This document shows, piece after piece, positions 48,874 to 48,916 of a stretch of DNA of 48,916 bases (positions within the stretch are counted from its first letter, which is position 1; every line of letters begins with the position of its first letter). The notes under the pieces are model-generated. The model saw only the letters and a list, made by a program, of their open reading frames with translations, did not search any database and was not told the DNA's origin. Source of the DNA: Acetobacterales bacterium. Its GTDB lineage: Bacteria > Pseudomonadota > Alphaproteobacteria > JBBDQX01. Made by a program: the position numbers and the translations under genes. The stretch spans positions 1-48,916 of the forward strand of contig JBBDQX010000061.1 in the NCBI GenBank assembly GCA_040905765.1, given 5' to 3'.

Positions 48874-48916
48874 CCTCTCCCGCAGGGCGACATACATGCA
48901 GAAACGAGAAGGGCCG

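Noticed and set aside
48896-48916. ATG at 48896 starting MQKREGP at the window edge
   Set aside because: Only 7 codons are visible, which is too short to call. It is mentioned only as a possible third gene of the pseudokinase cluster.

Overview
High-GC chromosomal window (about two-thirds G+C by eye, not computed). Gene content and synteny look alphaproteobacterial, possibly Rhodospirillales-like (inference). About 45 genes are recognisable. (1) Positions 1 to ~5500 are the integrase-proximal end of an integrated phage-like or satellite-like element. All its genes are on the minus strand: tyrosine integrase, an 89-aa acidic protein, an AlpA-type excisionase/regulator, a 169-aa unknown, a RepB-type primase, a ~190-bp inverted-repeat/iteron block (candidate ori), a terS-like ORF and a partial terL that runs off the left edge. 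(2) The rest is mostly core genome: hsp20 with a ROSE-like RNA thermometer, a membrane class III adenylate cyclase, rpmE, an ABCB-type exporter, suhB, efp, a tkt-gap-X-fba-thiE operon, DUF4164-zapA-6S RNA-5-FCL, a ymdB-like phosphoesterase, yihY, the long yebC-ruvCAB-ybgC-tolQRAB-pal-cpoB-tilS-ftsH-folP-glmM-thiD block, serCA and hisZ-purA. Two gene sets are not explained by known pathways. The first is an orphan MotA/MotB-like proton-channel pair plus a proline-rich OmpA-like protein (10716-14350), separate from the canonical tolQR in the same window. The second is a 674-aa tail-anchored kinase-fold protein that apparently lacks the catalytic Lys and Asp, followed by a polytopic membrane protein with a polyacidic tail (46279-48873). 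No rRNA, convincing tRNA, CRISPR array or IS element was seen. Many long ORFs in the six-frame track are antisense shadow ORFs typical of high-GC DNA and were not called.
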